A stretch of DNA of 64,000 nt. It comes from Deltaproteobacteria bacterium. Lineage in GTDB: Bacteria > Myxococcota > Kuafuiibacteriia > Kuafuiibacteriales > Kuafuiibacteriaceae. A program made the translations under genes and the position numbers. The notes under the pieces are model-generated. The model ran no database searches. It saw nothing but the letters and a program-made list of their open reading frames with translations, and was not told the DNA's origin. Shown here piece after piece: positions 9,862 through 18,502 of this stretch (position 1 is the stretch's first letter; every line of letters starts with the position of its first letter). The DNA lies in NCBI GenBank assembly GCA_040218735.1, contig JAVJQW010000003.1, positions 64,001 to 128,000 of the forward strand, given 5' to 3'.

Positions 9862-10628
9862 TGCGCGATGAACTCCACGCGACGGTTGCGCGACCACGCG
9901 TCCTCGTTGCTGCCGTTGTCGATCGGATCCGTCTCGCCCTTGCTGATGACGTTGAGCTTGCCGGAGTCGACGCCGAGGCGACGGAGGTACTCGGTCACCG
10001 CGCGCGCGCGACGGTCGCCGAGCGCGAGGTTGTACTCCTCGGTGCCGCGCTCGTCCGCGTGGCCCTCGATGATCACCGTGCCGCCCGCACCCTTGATGCA
10101 GTCGGCGATCGTCTGCAGGCCGTCCTTCACGCTCTTGGTCAGCGTGGCGCGGTTGAAGTCGAAGCGCACCGTCGGCCAATCGCACATCGCCTTCGACGCC
10201 TGTGAAGTCATCGCCTGGCAGCGACCGTTCACACACGACATCCCGGCGACGCAGTCCGACTGCCCGTTGCACGACAGCTGATCGACGCAGCGGTTGTCCA
10301 TGCACTTGAGGCCCGAGCCGCAGTCGCTGTTCGCGGAGCACTCGAGCTGGCACTTGCCGGAGCGGCAGATCTTGTTGCCGTCGCAGTCGCCGTTCGTCGA
10401 GCACTCGGGCTTCGCCTCGCAGCGACCGTTGTTGCAGATCTGATCCGCCGCGCAGTTCGACGCGTCCCGGCACTGCTGACACATGCCTTCGACGCAGACC
10501 TCACCCTTTTCTTCGCAGTGCGAATCCTTGTCACATTTTGGGTATTTGGGACCGCACCCACCGAGCGCGAACAGCGCGACGGTTGCGAGCGCAAAAGCGA
10601 AGAGGGGAGCGCGGCGGTCCTTGGTCAT
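9858..10628 (-). CDS. pal: Pal/OmpA-family peptidoglycan-associated lipoprotein with Cys-rich N-terminal repeats
   Basis: LGGC lipobox; about five Cys-rich repeats; FDFNRATL, IEGHADERGTEEYNLALGDRRA and NRRVEF motifs. Confidence 0.85.
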   Translation of the reverse strand: MTKDRRAPLFAFALATVALFALGGCGPKYPKCDKDSHCEEKGEVCVEGMCQQCRDASNCAADQICNNGRCEAKPECSTNGDCDGNKICRSGKCQLECSANSDCGSGLKCMDNRCVDQLSCNGQSDCVAGMSCVNGRCQAMTSQASKAMCDWPTVRFDFNRATLTKSVKDGLQTIADCIKGAGGTVIIEGHADERGTEEYNLALGDRRARAVTEYLRRLGVDSGKLNVISKGETDPIDNGSNEDAWSRNRRVEFIAQ

Positions 10629-10669
10629 ATGGTGCGGGGCGTAGTCAAACACGCGATGGGAGTCAAGAC

Positions 10670-12181
10670 TCAGCGCTCGTTACGAAACACGTAGAGCCGC
10701 CCTCCGAGTGACTTGCGCGCCACATAGTACAGCAGCAGGTCGGGCGGTTCGGTCCGGTCGGTACGGGGCGACAGCGCGAGCGTCGTGCTCGTCCCCGGGG
10801 CCGACAGCTTGATGCGCCCCTCCTCTTCGAACAGCTCGGACCGGCCCTTCAATCCCCGGTGCAGGCGCATCTCGTCGCCTCCCTGGGCGAGGATGACGTC
10901 GCGGCGCCCGTCACCGTCGAAGTCGTGCCCGAAGATCGGCGCCGTGCCCCTCAGCGCCGCGCCGACGGTCAGATCCAGCCCGTAGCTCGTCTCCAGCGTC
11001 TGGGTCGGGCTCCGCGCGAACAGGGGCCCCTCCGGGTCCGGTCGGCGGATGCGGATGTCGAGCGACAGCTTGCTGGAGAGCATCGCGCTCGACATCGACA
11101 TGATCGACACCTCCGCGTGGGGGTGGAGCATCTCGCGCTTGCCGTCTCCGTCTACGTCGATGAAACGCACGAGCGACGCAAACCCGTCGTCTACGAATTT
11201 CTGCGTGGGTTTGGGCGAGAAGCCGCCGCCCTTCAGACCCTTGTGCAGCCGAACCTCCGTCGCGAGCGTCGTGACGCCCCCGCCGATCTTGGTCAGGCAG
11301 AGGTCCGCGATCCCGTCCCCGTCGAAGTCCACGATCTCCGCCGAGACCTCCGTGTCGCGGGATTCGAGCTCCTCCGGGGTCCGCATCCGGAACCACGCCT
11401 TGTGCGCCGGCCGCTCCGCGAACCCGCCGCCCTCGGTCCCCGGATACACCTCCAGCCGATCCTCGTAGTGCGTCACGAGGTCGATGCGCCCGTCTCCGGT
11501 CTGCTCGACGAAGTCGAGGTTCGGCACGATCGTCGTGACCCGGAACGCGTACGGACGCCCCGACCGCCCGCCGCGCCCCGACCGGCGGTACGTCGAGGTC
11601 TCCGCGTCGTAGTAGCTGAACTTCTCGATCCGCAGCTCGGCCCACTTCTTCCAGGCCTCGCCCTCCCGCGCGAAGAGCCGCACGGCGCGGCGGCCCGGGA
11701 GCACCGCGGCGGGTCTGTCCCCGATCTTGCGGAGGAAGTCCCACGCGACGATGTCCTCCTCCTCCGGCTCGAGCACCAACGTCGGCGACGTGATGATGCG
11801 CGTGAGGTTCTGCGGCTTGCCGTCCTTGAAGGCCTGCGCGAACACCCCGCTCGAGGTGAGGTAGACGATCTCGTCCTGCGCGTCGCCGAACGCGTCACCG
11901 AGGTCGAACGCCGCCGCGTTCTGCGGGACGGGGAAGGTGACGTCCGGGCGCCGCCCGTACCCCTTGTCCGTCCTGAAGAAGACCGCGAGGAACCGCCCCG
12001 TCGCCGGCCCCGCCCCGCGGCGGTGGCTCACGACGAGGTCGGTGCGCTGGTCGCCGTTCAGATCGCCGGAGTCGACCCACAGCACGCTGCCGGGGACGTC
12101 GAGCGTCTGCCGCGAAAACTTCGCCTCCGCGGTCGTCGCCCACACGAGCGACGCCGCCACCATCGGCCCGACAATCCTCAT
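10670..12181 (-). CDS. FG-GAP/VCBS repeat secreted protein
   Basis: Signal peptide MRIVGPMVAASLVWATTAEA; DLNGDQRTDL, DFDGDGIADL, DVDGDGKREM and DFDGDGRRDV repeats; ATGA overlap upstream. Confidence 0.85.
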   Translation of the reverse strand: MRIVGPMVAASLVWATTAEAKFSRQTLDVPGSVLWVDSGDLNGDQRTDLVVSHRRGAGPATGRFLAVFFRTDKGYGRRPDVTFPVPQNAAAFDLGDAFGDAQDEIVYLTSSGVFAQAFKDGKPQNLTRIITSPTLVLEPEEEDIVAWDFLRKIGDRPAAVLPGRRAVRLFAREGEAWKKWAELRIEKFSYYDAETSTYRRSGRGGRSGRPYAFRVTTIVPNLDFVEQTGDGRIDLVTHYEDRLEVYPGTEGGGFAERPAHKAWFRMRTPEELESRDTEVSAEIVDFDGDGIADLCLTKIGGGVTTLATEVRLHKGLKGGGFSPKPTQKFVDDGFASLVRFIDVDGDGKREMLHPHAEVSIMSMSSAMLSSKLSLDIRIRRPDPEGPLFARSPTQTLETSYGLDLTVGAALRGTAPIFGHDFDGDGRRDVILAQGGDEMRLHRGLKGRSELFEEEGRIKLSAPGTSTTLALSPRTDRTEPPDLLLYYVARKSLGGRLYVFRNER

Positions 12182-13506
12182 CCTTCGTCCTCGGAGGGCA
12201 GCTCCAACTGGGGCAACGTCACCGTCGCCGTCCACGTTCCCGCGATCGCCGTGCTCGTCACCGTCATGACCGCCGACACGGACACCCCGCGCGGCGCGCT
12301 CGGCCGGGCCAGGCGCCGTTCGACGCGCCCCGCCTCGTCGCCGACCAGGTCGAAGGTCCGCCCGTCCGGCAAGAATATGTATGGGCTCGTGCCCGTGAGA
12401 TCGACGCGGCCCGGCACCGAGCGCGCGTAGCGATCGCTGGCGTCGAGCAACGCCAACCGCAAGGCCGTCCCCCGGGCGAGCGCCTCAGCGGAGTCGTCGT
12501 CCACGGAGACGTCGATCCGGACCGGCACGCCCAATACGTCGTCCGGGTAGAGCGCGTTGGCGGCGAGCGCGCCCTCGACGCGGTCTTCGTCCGTCGTCGC
12601 GACGACCCGAACGCGCAGGCGACCGCGGCCCTGCACGGTCAGGCCGCGCGCGACGGCCGGGAGCGCACGGATCGCGCTGTCCGGGCTCGTGACCACGAGC
12701 GACGGCGGGGATGCCTCCACGACGATCTGCAAACGTACGTCGTCGAGCTGGAGCGGCGACAGATCCGCGGCGAGGACGTCGAGGTGCAGGTCGACGGCGG
12801 TGGGGGTCGCCGTCGCGGTCACGACGTCCACGCAGAGCTCACACGGAGCACCGGCGCCGTCGTCCAGCCGCACGCGGAGGACGGACGCCACGTCCTCGGC
12901 GTCGCGCGCGCGCTCGACGTCGAGCACGGCGATCGACTCCTGCTCCCGCGCGACGAACAGCCCCTCGCCGCCGACGACGACGTGTTCGTCCGCCACGGCG
13001 CGGTAACGCCCCGCCGGGAGCACCACGGAGCGCTCCGCGAACGACTGCCCCTCCAGGAACACACGCACCGGCCTGCGCGCCTCGGCTTCGTCCTCGAAGA
13101 ACAGCTCGGCGCCGCCGTCCTCGGAGCGGACGATGGTCGTCAGGACCCCGGCGGGGCGCGCGAGCAAGTCGACTTGCACCTGCTCCGACCCGAGCGGGAT
13201 CGTGCGCTCGGCGCGCGCGACGTACGAAGGCATGAACCCTCCGACGAGCCGGGGCCCCGGTCGATTCGTTCTCGCGACCGCGCGGAACACCAGCGGCCGC
13301 TCCGCGGGGACGCCGAGCTCGACGGCCGCGAGGGGCGCCGTGACGGTGGCGCTGGCGACGACCTCGTTCTCCTGCGGATCGAGGACGCTGATCACGACGT
13401 CTTCGACACCCTCGGGGACCGCGCCGAGCCCGACGACCGCCGTCGCGATGGGCGACGGCGCACAACCGATCCAACCGACCAGACCCAGGAGCCACGCGTA
13501 CCGCAT
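12178..13506 (-). CDS. Hypothetical lipoprotein (beta-rich)
   Basis: ATG 13506 gives MRYAWLLGLVGWIGC; TGATG overlap with the upstream gene. Confidence 0.7.
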   Translation of the reverse strand: MRYAWLLGLVGWIGCAPSPIATAVVGLGAVPEGVEDVVISVLDPQENEVVASATVTAPLAAVELGVPAERPLVFRAVARTNRPGPRLVGGFMPSYVARAERTIPLGSEQVQVDLLARPAGVLTTIVRSEDGGAELFFEDEAEARRPVRVFLEGQSFAERSVVLPAGRYRAVADEHVVVGGEGLFVAREQESIAVLDVERARDAEDVASVLRVRLDDGAGAPCELCVDVVTATATPTAVDLHLDVLAADLSPLQLDDVRLQIVVEASPPSLVVTSPDSAIRALPAVARGLTVQGRGRLRVRVVATTDEDRVEGALAANALYPDDVLGVPVRIDVSVDDDSAEALARGTALRLALLDASDRYARSVPGRVDLTGTSPYIFLPDGRTFDLVGDEAGRVERRLARPSAPRGVSVSAVMTVTSTAIAGTWTATVTLPQLELPSEDEG

Positions 13507-14288
13507 CACTCCTCCTGGAACGTGACGTCGACGCGCACGTTCGGGCCTTTCGGGGGGACTTCGTCGTCGAAGAACGGGGGCGGGCGAATCGCATCCTCCA
13601 GCTCCAGGCCGGCGGGGCCTTCGCGGCTGCCGCGTACGCGGTCGGCGTAGGCGGTGAACGGCCCGGTGTCGACCGTGGCGCGGGCCACGCCAGGGCGCGG
13701 GCTCAGCGCACGCTCGAGGAGGAACGTCTCGAACCCGAGCACGTCGCCGAGCGCTTCGCGCGACTCGAACGCGACGAGGTCCGCGAGCGCGCGGCCGCCC
13801 GGTCGCACCGCGGCGCCGCGGCCGCGCGACGCGCTGCGAGCGATCTGACCGACGCCCACCGCGAGGTCGCCGTCGAGCGTGGCGAGCGTCGCGCGGCCCG
13901 CGCGCACCGTGACGGTCACGCCGGTCGGCGCGCGTTCGACGGCCACCGAGGAGCGCGACTCGACCCGCACGCGTGCAGCGCCGATCGCGACGTCGAACGG
14001 CTCGCGACCCGCTTGCACCCAGAGCCGACCGCTCGCGAGGTCGAGGCGATCCGCGTCGTGGACGAGCACGCGCGTGAGCGCGGAGAGCCTCAGGCGTGCG
14101 CCGCGTCCGAGCTGCAGCTCGGCGAAGCCTTCGTCGCCGGTGCTGACCCGATCGTTCGCGGCGAGGACCTGTCCTGTGCCGCCGTCGATCGTCGCGCCGC
14201 TCGCGCGCGCGAGTGTGGTGCCGAACGCGACGCGTACGACGCCCTCGGGCGGCGCCGCGACCGCGAGGAGGGCGAGCACGGCGATCAA
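13506..14288 (-). CDS. FecR-domain protein (exported)
   Basis: TTG 14288 after GGAGG; DRVSTGDEGFAELQLGRGARLRL...LASGRLWV is a FecR-like pattern. Confidence 0.7.
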   Translation of the reverse strand: MIAVLALLAVAAPPEGVVRVAFGTTLARASGATIDGGTGQVLAANDRVSTGDEGFAELQLGRGARLRLSALTRVLVHDADRLDLASGRLWVQAGREPFDVAIGAARVRVESRSSVAVERAPTGVTVTVRAGRATLATLDGDLAVGVGQIARSASRGRGAAVRPGGRALADLVAFESREALGDVLGFETFLLERALSPRPGVARATVDTGPFTAYADRVRGSREGPAGLELEDAIRPPPFFDDEVPPKGPNVRVDVTFQEE

Positions 14289-15775
14289 AACACAACCTCC
14301 GCGCCGACGGAGAGGACGTTCGAGACGTACTCGTGGAGGTCGCGCGCCTGGTTGTTCACCCACGTGTCCTCGACGACGACGAACACCTGATCCGTGAACC
14401 GCGCGCGCACCCCGAGCGCCGCGACGATCCGTAGCTGCGTGCGCGTCGCCGCGGGGCCGATGATCGCGAGGTCACCCACCGGCCCGTACTCCCGGAGCGT
14501 GACGCCGACGCCGGTGTAGAGCGACAGGTCGGGCGTCGCGTACGCGACGAGGCGCCCGGAGAACTCGCCGCCGATCGCGTCGAAGGCGTCGCCGAGGGCG
14601 TCGTCGTGCAGGAACGCTGCGGACACCGTGCCCGCGATGCGGTCGGCCTCCGCGTAGAGCGTGACGACGGCGCGCTGCCCGACGCGGTCGCGGTTGAGCT
14701 GGCTGACGACGTCGTCCGGGGGACTCGTGTCGATCACGTCGGCCGCGGAGCCGTACAGGCCGAGGCGGAGACGGAGGCGCGCAGCGAGCTGGAGCGTGAG
14801 GTCCGGGCCGCCTTCGATCGTAGTGGCGAAGTGCGTGCCGAACAGGTCGCCGTGGACGTCGACGAATCGCGCCGACAGCCCGAGCACCGCGAGCGACGGG
14901 TGCTGACTGAGCGGGTAGCTCAGCGCACCCGACAACGTGAGCGCGGTGATGTCGAGGCGGTCGTAGGTCTCGCGCTGCGTGAAGTAGACGTGTTGATCGA
15001 CGCGCGCGCCGAGCTGTGCGGTGAGGGGACCGAGCGGCGCGGTGACGTCGCCGTCGATGCTGAACGCCATCCTCAAGCCAGCGCGGCTGGGCTCGTTGCT
15101 GCGCGCGAGGAACGCGGGGTTCGTGGCGTGGTCGAACGACGAGCGCAGGCGGAGGTTGTAGCCGACTTCGTCTCGGCCGCGGATCGTCCCGAGGAGATCC
15201 CGCGATGCGGTGACGAGCTCCGTCGCGCCGACGAAGCCGGCCCGCGTCAACGCGAGCTCGGCGAGGCGCTCCGCACCTTGGTAGCTGCCCTGCGACGCTT
15301 CGAGCGACGCGAGCGTGAGCGACGCCATGGCGCCGCGGCGGGTCCGTTCGTCGACGAGCGGGATGGCGCGGCGGACGGCGGTGCGATCCGCGAGCGCGGC
15401 GGCGACGAGATCGGCCTCCCAGGACGAGGCGTCGTCGACGGCTTCGATGGCGTCGCGGTCGCGGCCGAGCGCGGCGAGGATCGTGGCGCGGAGGACGAGC
15501 GCCTCGGGGTCGGCGTCACCCGCGGCGAGGGCGGCTTCGATCGCGGCGAGAGCGCGCGGGTGATCCTGGGCGCGGTGCGCGGCAGCGGCGAGATCGCGCG
15601 CGTAGATCGGCGAGTCGGGATCGATCTCGTGGGCGGCTTCGAGGCAGACGAGCGCACCGGGGACGTCGTCGGTGAGGAGGCGGCGCAGACCTTCGGCGCC
15701 GAGCTCGAAGGCGCTGGAGCTGGTGGCGACGGAGCAGCCCGCCGCGCCCACCAGCACCAGCAGCGCGCTGATCAC
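14285..15775 (-). CDS. TPR + outer-membrane beta-barrel protein
   Basis: N-terminal helical TPR-like segment, alternating beta strands, and a C-terminal ...VGAEVVF beta-signal. Overlaps the smpB stop. Confidence 0.65.
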   Translation of the reverse strand: MISALLVLVGAAGCSVATSSSAFELGAEGLRRLLTDDVPGALVCLEAAHEIDPDSPIYARDLAAAAHRAQDHPRALAAIEAALAAGDADPEALVLRATILAALGRDRDAIEAVDDASSWEADLVAAALADRTAVRRAIPLVDERTRRGAMASLTLASLEASQGSYQGAERLAELALTRAGFVGATELVTASRDLLGTIRGRDEVGYNLRLRSSFDHATNPAFLARSNEPSRAGLRMAFSIDGDVTAPLGPLTAQLGARVDQHVYFTQRETYDRLDITALTLSGALSYPLSQHPSLAVLGLSARFVDVHGDLFGTHFATTIEGGPDLTLQLAARLRLRLGLYGSAADVIDTSPPDDVVSQLNRDRVGQRAVVTLYAEADRIAGTVSAAFLHDDALGDAFDAIGGEFSGRLVAYATPDLSLYTGVGVTLREYGPVGDLAIIGPAATRTQLRIVAALGVRARFTDQVFVVVEDTWVNNQARDLHEYVSNVLSVGAEVVF

Positions 15776-16242
15776 TCCTCGCCTCGCAAGTCGCGCTTTT
15801 CGTCGCGCTCACGGATGGCGGCGCGTTTGTCGTAGTGCGCTTTGCCTTTGCAGAGGCCGAGGTTGATCTTCACGCGTCCGTTCTTGAAGTAGACGTCGAG
15901 CGGGATCAGCGTGAGGCCCTTCTCGCGGACCTTGCTGTTGAGACGATCGATCTCGCGCCGGTGCAGGAGGAGCTTCCGGGTGCGGATCGGGTCGTGGTTG
16001 TAGATGTTGCCGTTGGTGTACTCGGCGATGTGGGCGTGGTGGAGGTACGCCTGGCCGTTGTCGATCATGGCGTAGGCGTCGGCGAGTTGGATCTTGCCGT
16101 CACGGAGGCTCTTCACCTCCGTCCCTTGGAGGACGACGCCGGCTTCGACCTCGTCGACGATCGTGTAGTCGAAACGCGCCTTGCGGTTCTTCACGATCAC
16201 TTTGACGCCGTCCGGCAGCTTGGGTGCCTTCTTCTTGGCCAC
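15772..16242 (-). CDS. smpB: SsrA-binding protein SmpB
   Basis: NRKARFDY, EAGVVLQGTEVKSLR, RKLLLHRREI and GKAHYDKR motifs. Confidence 0.97.
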   Translation of the reverse strand: MAKKKAPKLPDGVKVIVKNRKARFDYTIVDEVEAGVVLQGTEVKSLRDGKIQLADAYAMIDNGQAYLHHAHIAEYTNGNIYNHDPIRTRKLLLHRREIDRLNSKVREKGLTLIPLDVYFKNGRVKINLGLCKGKAHYDKRAAIRERDEKRDLRGEE

Positions 16243-16257
16243 GGTGGAGCGGGGAGC

Positions 16258-17088
16258 CTACGGATCGATGCGCACGTTGTCGATCAATCGCGTCGCCCCG
16301 ACGCGCGCCGCGACGAGCATCACCGTCGGCCCCGAGGCGTCTTCGACCTCCGCGAGCGTCGTCGCGTCGCGCAGCTCGAGGTATTCGGGGTCGACGCCGG
16401 CCTCCGTCAGGATCGTCCGGGCCGTGGCGAGGAGGGTGGGTTTGTCGGCGGTCTCGCGCCGATGGTCGCGAGCGGCGAACAGGGCGCGGTGGAGCGCGAG
16501 GGCGCGGTGGTGCTCGTCGGCGGACAGGTAACGGTTGCGGGAGGACATCGCGAGGCCGTCCGGCTCGCGGACGATCGGGCCGCCGACGATCTCCACGTCG
16601 AGGAACAGGTCGCGCGCCATGGTCCGGATGGTGGCGAGCTGCTGGTAGTCCTTCTCGCCGAACACCGCGACGTCGGGACGGACGATCTCGAACAGACACA
16701 GGACGATGGTCGTGACCCCGTCGAAGTGGCCGGGGCGGTGGGCGCCGCAGAGCCCCTCGGTCACGTGGTCGACGCGGACGAGCGTCGAGAAGCCGGGCGG
16801 GTAGACGACGTCGGCGGTCGGCGCGAAGACCAGGTCGCAGCCGCGTTCGGCGAGGAGCTTCGCGTCGCCTTCGAGGTCGCGGGGGTAGCGGTCGAGGTCT
16901 TCGTTCGGCCCGAACTGTTTCGGGTTCACGAAGATCGACGCGACGACGAAGTCGCTCCGCTGCTTGGCCTCGTCGACCAGCGAGAGGTGCCCGGCATGGA
17001 GCGCGCCCATCGTGGGGACGAATCCGATGCGACCTTCTTGCGCGCGCAGGCGGCGTTTGAGCGCGTGGGGATCGGCGATGATGTCCAT
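16258..17088 (-). CDS. panC: Pantoate--beta-alanine ligase
   Basis: FVPTMGALHAGH, RPGHFDGV, FGEKDYQQ, GLAMSSRN and RLIDN motifs. Confidence 0.97.
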   Translation of the reverse strand: MDIIADPHALKRRLRAQEGRIGFVPTMGALHAGHLSLVDEAKQRSDFVVASIFVNPKQFGPNEDLDRYPRDLEGDAKLLAERGCDLVFAPTADVVYPPGFSTLVRVDHVTEGLCGAHRPGHFDGVTTIVLCLFEIVRPDVAVFGEKDYQQLATIRTMARDLFLDVEIVGGPIVREPDGLAMSSRNRYLSADEHHRALALHRALFAARDHRRETADKPTLLATARTILTEAGVDPEYLELRDATTLAEVEDASGPTVMLVAARVGATRLIDNVRIDP

Positions 17089-17157
17089 CGGCGCGTCGAA
17101 TCTGTCATGAGCGACGAGCGACGTCATCACGGGGGCGAGTTGGTTCACAATGGCGCC

Positions 17158-18318
17158 GTGCGGCCCCTCGCTTTGCTCCTGTTGCTGCTCCCGGGCTCCG
17201 CGTTTGCGCAGGAGCTGTTGGTGAACCCCGGGTTCGAGACCGTCGAACCGATCTGCGGCTACCCCGGCGCGACCGGGGACTGGGGTGTGGACGGCGCCTC
17301 CGTCGTGACCGCGGAGGCGGGCGTCACGCCGGTCGAGGGTGCGCGCATGACGCGGCTCGAGTTCCCGTTCTTCAGCGGCGCGGGCGCGGCGTGCGTCGGG
17401 GTGGCGTCCGGGGGATCGGTCGACGTCGCGCAGCTGGTCGGCGTCGCGAACTGTCACCCGGCGGGGAACGACGCACGGCTGCGTCTGACCGCGGCGTTTG
17501 CGCGGAGCACGACGGGCGGCGTGGACGAGTTCGCCTGCACCCTACGCGCGTACGCGGGCGCGGCGTCGTCGTTCGCGAACGCGACACCGCTCGCGACGCA
17601 GACCTCGACGCGAGCGCCGGTTGCGGCCGGAACCTGGGTGACGTGCACGACCGAGCTGACGCTGCCGCCGTCGGCGACGTACGTCGCGGCGTACCTGAGC
17701 GGACGCGTCGCCGCGGGGTCACGCGAGGTGTACGTCGACGACGTCTCGGTGACCGTGGTCGCGGAGCGCTGCGGCTTCGACTGCACGGCGGCGGGGGCGA
17801 TGTGCCCGGATCCCGCGTCGCCGCCCAACGCGACGACGTGTGACCTTTCGTCGGGCCTTTGCGTCCCGCCCCTCACGCTGGACGCCGGAGTGCCCGACGC
17901 GGGCTCGCTGCCGCGGGACGGCGGCGGGGCTCGGGACGGCGGCGAGCGCGACGCCAGTGAACGGGACGGCGGCGAACGGGACGCCGGCGAACGGGACGGA
18001 GGCGATCGCGATGCCGGCGATCGCGATGCCGGTCGTCCGGACGGCGGCGAGGGCGACGCCGGCGCCATGCGTGACGGCGGGGGCGACGACGCGGGCGCCG
18101 GGCGCGACGCGGGCGTGACCGACGCGGGCGCCGCGCGCGACGCAGGCGCGAGGGACGCCGGCCGGGCCGCTTCGCCGCGCGACGCCGGCTCTCCCACGCT
18201 CGAGACCGAAGACGAAGGCTGTCGCTGCTCGGCGAGGACGGCGCGCGGTGGTTCGAGCTCGCTGGCGTGGTGGGTCTTGCTCGTCTCGATCGGGTTCGGC
18301 CGACGCCGACGCGGGTAG
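17158..18318 (+). CDS. Secreted protein with CBM-like domain, RD[AG]G repeat stalk and MYXO-CTERM-like anchor
   Basis: GTG 17158 signal peptide, LLVNPGFE, DAG/DGG repeats. The C-terminus is GCRCS...LAWWVLLVSIGFGRRRRG. Confidence 0.75.
   Translation: MRPLALLLLLLPGSAFAQELLVNPGFETVEPICGYPGATGDWGVDGASVVTAEAGVTPVEGARMTRLEFPFFSGAGAACVGVASGGSVDVAQLVGVANCHPAGNDARLRLTAAFARSTTGGVDEFACTLRAYAGAASSFANATPLATQTSTRAPVAAGTWVTCTTELTLPPSATYVAAYLSGRVAAGSREVYVDDVSVTVVAERCGFDCTAAGAMCPDPASPPNATTCDLSSGLCVPPLTLDAGVPDAGSLPRDGGGARDGGERDASERDGGERDAGERDGGDRDAGDRDAGRPDGGEGDAGAMRDGGGDDAGAGRDAGVTDAGAARDAGARDAGRAASPRDAGSPTLETEDEGCRCSARTARGGSSSLAWWVLLVSIGFGRRRRG
17880..18190 (+). repeat. In-frame ~15-bp degenerate repeats encoding RD[GA]G[ED]
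   Basis: RDGGE RDASE RDGGE RDAGE RDGGD RDAGD RDAG series. Confidence 0.8.
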
Positions 18319-18502
18319 CCGGTGGGTGTTGACGGTCGGCGCCGCTCGTCGGCGCTGCGCGGTCCGGGACAATGGGCCCACCCCGCGGAGGTGTTCGGCC
18401 TCCGTGGCACCGTCGGTGGAAGCACCATCGGTTGGTTGGGGCGGCCGGATCGAGCGTAGTTTTCTCCCCAATTCGAGCCGCGATCGGTAAGGGATAGTCA
18501 TC

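Noticed and set aside
15772-16260. tmRNA (ssrA) or a tRNA integration site near smpB
   Set aside because: smpB is tightly flanked by CDSs on both sides, and I saw no tRNA-like sequence anywhere in the window.
17880-18190. DAG/DGG repeat stalk as a novelty
   Set aside because: A common low-complexity linker of myxobacterial surface proteins, also seen in the genes at 24217 and 42549.
18320-18440. Multi-hairpin intergenic segment resembling an ncRNA (e.g. SRP RNA)
   Set aside because: It lacks the SRP conserved loop sequence, and short GC stems are expected by chance at this composition.
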